A stretch of 64,000 nt of DNA, taken from contig CAWECG010000004.1 in the NCBI GenBank assembly GCA_963807605.1, forward strand, positions 160,001 through 224,000. The letters run 5' to 3'. Under the pieces are notes generated by a model. The model had not been told where the DNA came from, did not search any database, and saw only the letters and a program-made list of their open reading frames with translations. A program made the translations under genes and the position numbers. Below are positions 60,453-64,000 of the stretch, piece after piece (positions within the stretch are counted from its first letter, which is position 1; every line of letters begins with the position of its first letter). This stretch comes from Candidatus Bathyarchaeota archaeon (GTDB lineage Archaea; Thermoproteota; Bathyarchaeia; 40CM-2-53-6; RBG-13-38-9).

Positions 60453-60522
60453 GTGTGTGCCCTTTGGTGAGAGCACCATAATTTGAACTGTTAGACAGTT
60501 GTGTGTGCTCATCAGATAAGGT
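60453..60522 (-). repeat. Island repeat copy R5 (60453-60488, - strand) plus fused half-site (60501-60522)
   Basis: Reverse complement GTTCAAATTATGGTGCTCTCACCAAAGGGCACACAC, then GTGTGT-GCTCATCAGATAAGGT on the + strand. Confidence 0.78.
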
Positions 60523-60885
60523 CCAATCAAGCTGTTTTCTGGGGCTAATATGAGAGTGTCTGGGCTAGGGCAAGGGACTATGGGTCAGACATATGGGGAT
60601 AGTTGGATACAACGATATTCTCCGTATTACTATACTTCCCTTACGTTGTGCTGCTCTAGTAGTATTCAACATAGGTAATTGGAATAGTACGTCTCAAGAC
60701 TACTCTAGTACTATTCCCTGGGCTATCCCCCATTATCCCTCTGGCACAAATGACATTATCCCCCGTTATCCCAAGATCTCTGGTACATTGTCCTTTCTTA
60801 GGTGACCTATGGACCGTGGAATTGAGGAAGTTCTACGAGAATTACTGAGCTTGGCAGGAAAGAAGCCCCTATCCAATGATGACTT

Positions 60886-60910
60886 GCGCTCACCAGATAA
60901 GGTACGCACA
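60886..60910 (+). repeat. Island repeat right half-site R6
   Basis: GCGCTCACCAGATAAGGTACGCACA, compared with R2 CTCACCAGCTAAGGTACACAC. Confidence 0.7.
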
Positions 60911-61305
60911 AAAATAGTCTACTCTAACCTTAGCTAGTGAGCACACATGCACAAAACCGTTCATTACGTTGGGAAAAGAATTCCGCGAACTCCTTCTTTG
61001 TTTTACGAATGGCTCGCTGCGCTTGGAGAATGCTACGAAAAAGAAGTGTCTTAGGAAGTCTAGAGAGATGGAGAAGGAGGTTTTGTCTAGTCTTTGGTTT
61101 CTCACTTGACAACTACGACTAGTGATGCGACTGCGACTAGTCCTGCCTAGGCATACGGAGCTGTTCTGATCAGAACCGGAGGTTTTGTTTGATATCCTAG
61201 GAGGCAAACATTACTTCGGGATTTAGGAGACCGAGAGGGTCAAAGAACGATCTCTGAAGCTTTCGTAGCCTTCGTCACCCCACTCATTCCTAGCGGGCGC
61301 TGGCT

Positions 61306-61890
61306 CTACCGCTTGAGCTTCTCCCAGTAATACTTGCGCAACTTGGCGACTTTTGGCTCGATGACTATCCGGCAGTAAGACTGTTCAGGATTCTTTTCGA
61401 AGTAATCCTGGTGGTAACCCTCGGCCCTGTAAAATGCCTTGAACGGCTCGACTTGGGTCACTATGGATGAATCCCAGACTCCTGTGCTATTGATTTCCTT
61501 GATGACCTGCTCAGCGATTGCCTTCTGTTCGTCGCTATGGTAGAAAATCACTGAACGATATTGAGAGCCCACGTCGTTACCTTGACGGTTTAGCGTAGTT
61601 GGATCATGCACAGTGAAAAAGATCTGCAAGATTTCCCTAAAGGAGATTACATTAGGGTCGAAGGTGATTTGTACGGCCTCCGCATGTCCTGTTCTCCCCG
61701 TACATACTTGTTCATAAGTCGGATTCACGACTATACCGCCAGAATAACCCAACTCTACTTTCTCCACACCATTCAACTGATTGAAAACAGCTTCTGTGCA
61801 CCAGAAGCAGCCACCACCAAGCGTTGCCACTTCCATGCCTCTGCGAGAAGCGATCTTCAATCGTTCTTGGATCATAATGCCACTATCCAT
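61306..61890 (-). CDS. msrA: Peptide methionine sulfoxide reductase A (start may be ATG 61836)
   Basis: [35 protein letters not shown]. Confidence 0.96.
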   Translation of the reverse strand: MDSGIMIQERLKIASRRGMEVATLGGGCFWCTEAVFNQLNGVEKVELGYSGGIVVNPTYEQVCTGRTGHAEAVQITFDPNVISFREILQIFFTVHDPTTLNRQGNDVGSQYRSVIFYHSDEQKAIAEQVIKEINSTGVWDSSIVTQVEPFKAFYRAEGYHQDYFEKNPEQSYCRIVIEPKVAKLRKYYWEKLKR

Positions 61891-62929
61891 TTGTCAATAG
61901 CGTCCTTGCAGTTGTTACACGACGGGACTGAGTATTAGATGTGTTCGCTCGTTTTGCATCACGCCTCTTCCTTGTCATTACGCTTACGAATACAACCGCG
62001 GCCACTCCAACTAATGCTAGATAAGGTGTCAATTCTGATGGGACGTGGAAGCCATGGTCCTGTATCTTGATTTGATTTCTTATTCTAGAGATCAAACCGT
62101 CATTGTAGATCAAAAGTGTGAGGGCGGTTGTCTCTGCATTGGCTGATCCGATAGGTTCACCATGTCCAGTGCTTAGGGTGGTGATTCCCCCGTTGGCCTG
62201 TTGCTTGCTCCAGAGAACCTCTTCGAGCTTTTCAAAGTCCGGTAGGTATGTCCCTGTGACTTTGACTGCGTACAATAGTAGAGCAAGTTTGAAGTTAAGT
62301 CCGAAGCCGATGTCTGAGGGAGCGTTGTTAGGCCAGAGGAATTGTTGTCGAACTCCAGAATCTACGAGACACGTGCCGTTCCACATGCCGTAGACTTCTC
62401 TGACTAGGGCTTGTGCTTCTGTTTCCTGTCCCCTGTAATACTTGGAGAGCGCTTCACAGAGCATGTTGTCTGCGTACTTGAAGAAGGGATTTCCGAGTGT
62501 CCCGTTGTGGATCCTGATGAGAATCGCATAGTCTTCAGTTTGTTTGATTATGATATCTTGAGCCTGCGTAGCCGATCCTACCGGGTAACCCAAGATCGCT
62601 TCAAAATGGTTGCTTGGTGGAAGATCATATGAGTTAATGGTTCCATTGACCTTCTTAGAGATCTCCGGAGCGTAGGGTTGGAGTGCGTAAGCTGCAAGCA
62701 GATTGTCTGAGTAAAGCCAGAAGGTCCGCTGATAACTGCAGTTATAGTTCGGATACTCAACTCGCCTTAGCCAATGAACTCCCTTATCTTCGCTCTCATA
62801 GATCAAGCCAACTTGAGGGTTGTAATGGCTGACCAGATAGTCGACTGCGCGATGGATGCGGCTGTCGCTATTAGATGTCACAGGTGAGCCTACTGAGGTC
62901 AGCAGAAGAATCAGTACAAGAAATCTCAT
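61883..62929 (-). CDS. Secreted, membrane-anchored hypothetical protein (possibly alpha/alpha toroid)
   Basis: Signal peptide, W..Q..NGG, NAETTAL, C-terminal TM. Confidence 0.75.
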   Translation of the reverse strand: MRFLVLILLLTSVGSPVTSNSDSRIHRAVDYLVSHYNPQVGLIYESEDKGVHWLRRVEYPNYNCSYQRTFWLYSDNLLAAYALQPYAPEISKKVNGTINSYDLPPSNHFEAILGYPVGSATQAQDIIIKQTEDYAILIRIHNGTLGNPFFKYADNMLCEALSKYYRGQETEAQALVREVYGMWNGTCLVDSGVRQQFLWPNNAPSDIGFGLNFKLALLLYAVKVTGTYLPDFEKLEEVLWSKQQANGGITTLSTGHGEPIGSANAETTALTLLIYNDGLISRIRNQIKIQDHGFHVPSELTPYLALVGVAAVVFVSVMTRKRRDAKRANTSNTQSRRVTTARTLLTNG

Positions 62930-62967
62930 AACAAGACGCAGCGAGACATCTCACAGTCCTTTGTCTG

Positions 62968-63999
62968 CTAGCAAATTCTTGGTACTGGATCCCCGATAGG
63001 TGGAAGTATGATTCTTCTTCCTCCGACAGATGTCTGAAGGATGACTTGGTTGAGCTCACTCGAAACCTCGCCAATGATCGCAGCGTCTTTGCCGAGTTTT
63101 GATTTTTTGAGGGTTTCCAGAATCTCATCCGCCTTCTCTTTAATCACCGCCACGGCGAGTTTTCCCTCGTTTCCAATCTCCAAGGGGTCTATGCCCAGCA
63201 TTTCACACGCTGCCCTGACACCAGTTTTTATGGGAATATCTTCCTCTTTGATCATGATGCCGACATGTGATTTCTCGCGCCACTCATTCAATGTGTTGGC
63301 CAATCCGCCTCGTGTTGGGTCTTTTGCCTTCACTACACCCCCGACTTGAAGGAGATCTTTCACGAGTTTGTTCAGTGGTGCTACATCAGATTTCACGTCG
63401 GTCTCGAATCCGTAACCTTCCCTAGATGAGAGTACACTTATTCCGTGATCTCCAATCGTTCCTGAGATGATTATCTTATCCCCTGGAGCAAGGTTTGAGT
63501 CAAGAAGCCATCTGGAACTAAAACGTCGGTGCTTCTTTACTTCTTCAATATTCCTATCAAGCTCAGGGATACGCTTTCCAATCCCTGATGTGTTCATTAC
63601 GAGCTGGTCTAGTGCGCCTTTCTCCATTACTTTTGTATCGCCGGTTAGAACGTAGACTTCTGCTTCTTGGCAGGCCTCATGCATACTATCAAGTATGCGT
63701 TCAAAATCTTCAAGCGGAAAGCCTTCTTCGATGATGAAGCCTGATGTTAGGGCCAGCGGCTCGGCGCCCATGACTGCTATGTCATTGACTGTTCCTGTTA
63801 TGGCCAGTCTGCCGATATCTCCCCCTGGAAAGAATAGAGGCTTGACCGTGTGAGAGTCTGACTTTAGAACAATATCGTCTATCACGGCGGAGTCATCAAG
63901 CGCCTCTAAAGGGACCTCAGCACCGCTGCCTCCGAGGTATTTGAGAATATATTCTTTAATCAGTCCCTGCATGACAGCGCCCCCTCCGCCGTGTGACAT
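62968..63999 (-). CDS. hypE: Hydrogenase maturation protein HypE (N-terminus probably beyond the window)
   Basis: HGGGG, DSHTV.PLFFPGGDIG, GTVND, GDTKV, DPTRGG, NEG, C-terminal PRIC. Confidence 0.96.
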   Translation of the reverse strand: MSHGGGGAVMQGLIKEYILKYLGGSGAEVPLEALDDSAVIDDIVLKSDSHTVKPLFFPGGDIGRLAITGTVNDIAVMGAEPLALTSGFIIEEGFPLEDFERILDSMHEACQEAEVYVLTGDTKVMEKGALDQLVMNTSGIGKRIPELDRNIEEVKKHRRFSSRWLLDSNLAPGDKIIISGTIGDHGISVLSSREGYGFETDVKSDVAPLNKLVKDLLQVGGVVKAKDPTRGGLANTLNEWREKSHVGIMIKEEDIPIKTGVRAACEMLGIDPLEIGNEGKLAVAVIKEKADEILETLKKSKLGKDAAIIGEVSSELNQVILQTSVGGRRIILPPIGDPVPRIC

Positions 64000-64000
64000 G

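Noticed and set aside
54461-60910. CRISPR array or intact tRNA genes as the explanation of the repeat family
   Set aside because: Spacing is irregular (tens of bp to kb), orientations are mixed, copies are degenerate and no cas genes are present. The upstream sequence cannot form the T-stem 5' strand or the D and anticodon arms.
54461-60910. Classical integron attC sites
   Set aside because: There are no paired RYYYAAC/GTTRRRY ends enclosing a long imperfect palindrome, and no intI in the window.
60890-61207. Overlapping short ORFs on both strands
   Set aside because: They conflict with one another and show no motifs; likely decayed island DNA.

Overview
This 64-kb window comes from an anaerobic TACK-superphylum archaeon, most likely Bathyarchaeia-like. 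That placement is inferred from S26e, the archaeal-type ThrRS, TBP, the split glutamate synthase and typical zinc-ribbon membrane proteins. From left to right: (1) the end of a probable IS6-family element with a SWIM-finger transposase start and passenger ORFs (1-975); (2) housekeeping genes rps26e, pgsA-like and thrS (probable CTG start), plus a KaiC-like ATPase; (3) thiolase/DUF35, class II aldolase, AOR and moeA; (4) a frameshifted FtsZ/CetZ-like tubulin homologue with a C-terminal winged helix, coupled to pyrE; (5) a degenerate LarA-like gene, a metzincin and an RHH-nucleotidyltransferase fusion; (6) a DUF1537 kinase/pdxA2/Zn-dehydrogenase block, then padR, sec11 and tbp; (7) a head-to-head radical-SAM pair (tetraether synthase Tes and a probable GMGT synthase Gms) and comB; (8) a split gltB operon with its own electron-supply genes and a divergent double-HTH regulator; (9) a scrambled A/V-ATPase membrane/stator cluster with two C subunits and no A/B/D/F; (10) hypF-C-B-A-D. 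A ~10-kb accessory island (53.0-62.9 kb) separates hypD from hypE. It is punctuated by a ~38-bp repeat family with exact tRNA T-loop-to-CCA geometry, found in both orientations around cassette-like genes and gene fragments. No rRNA, intact tRNA or CRISPR array was seen. Two long ORFs in the supplied track (33852-34994 and 43821-45602) are labelled + but lie on the - strand. About ten small indels suggest assembly error or local decay.
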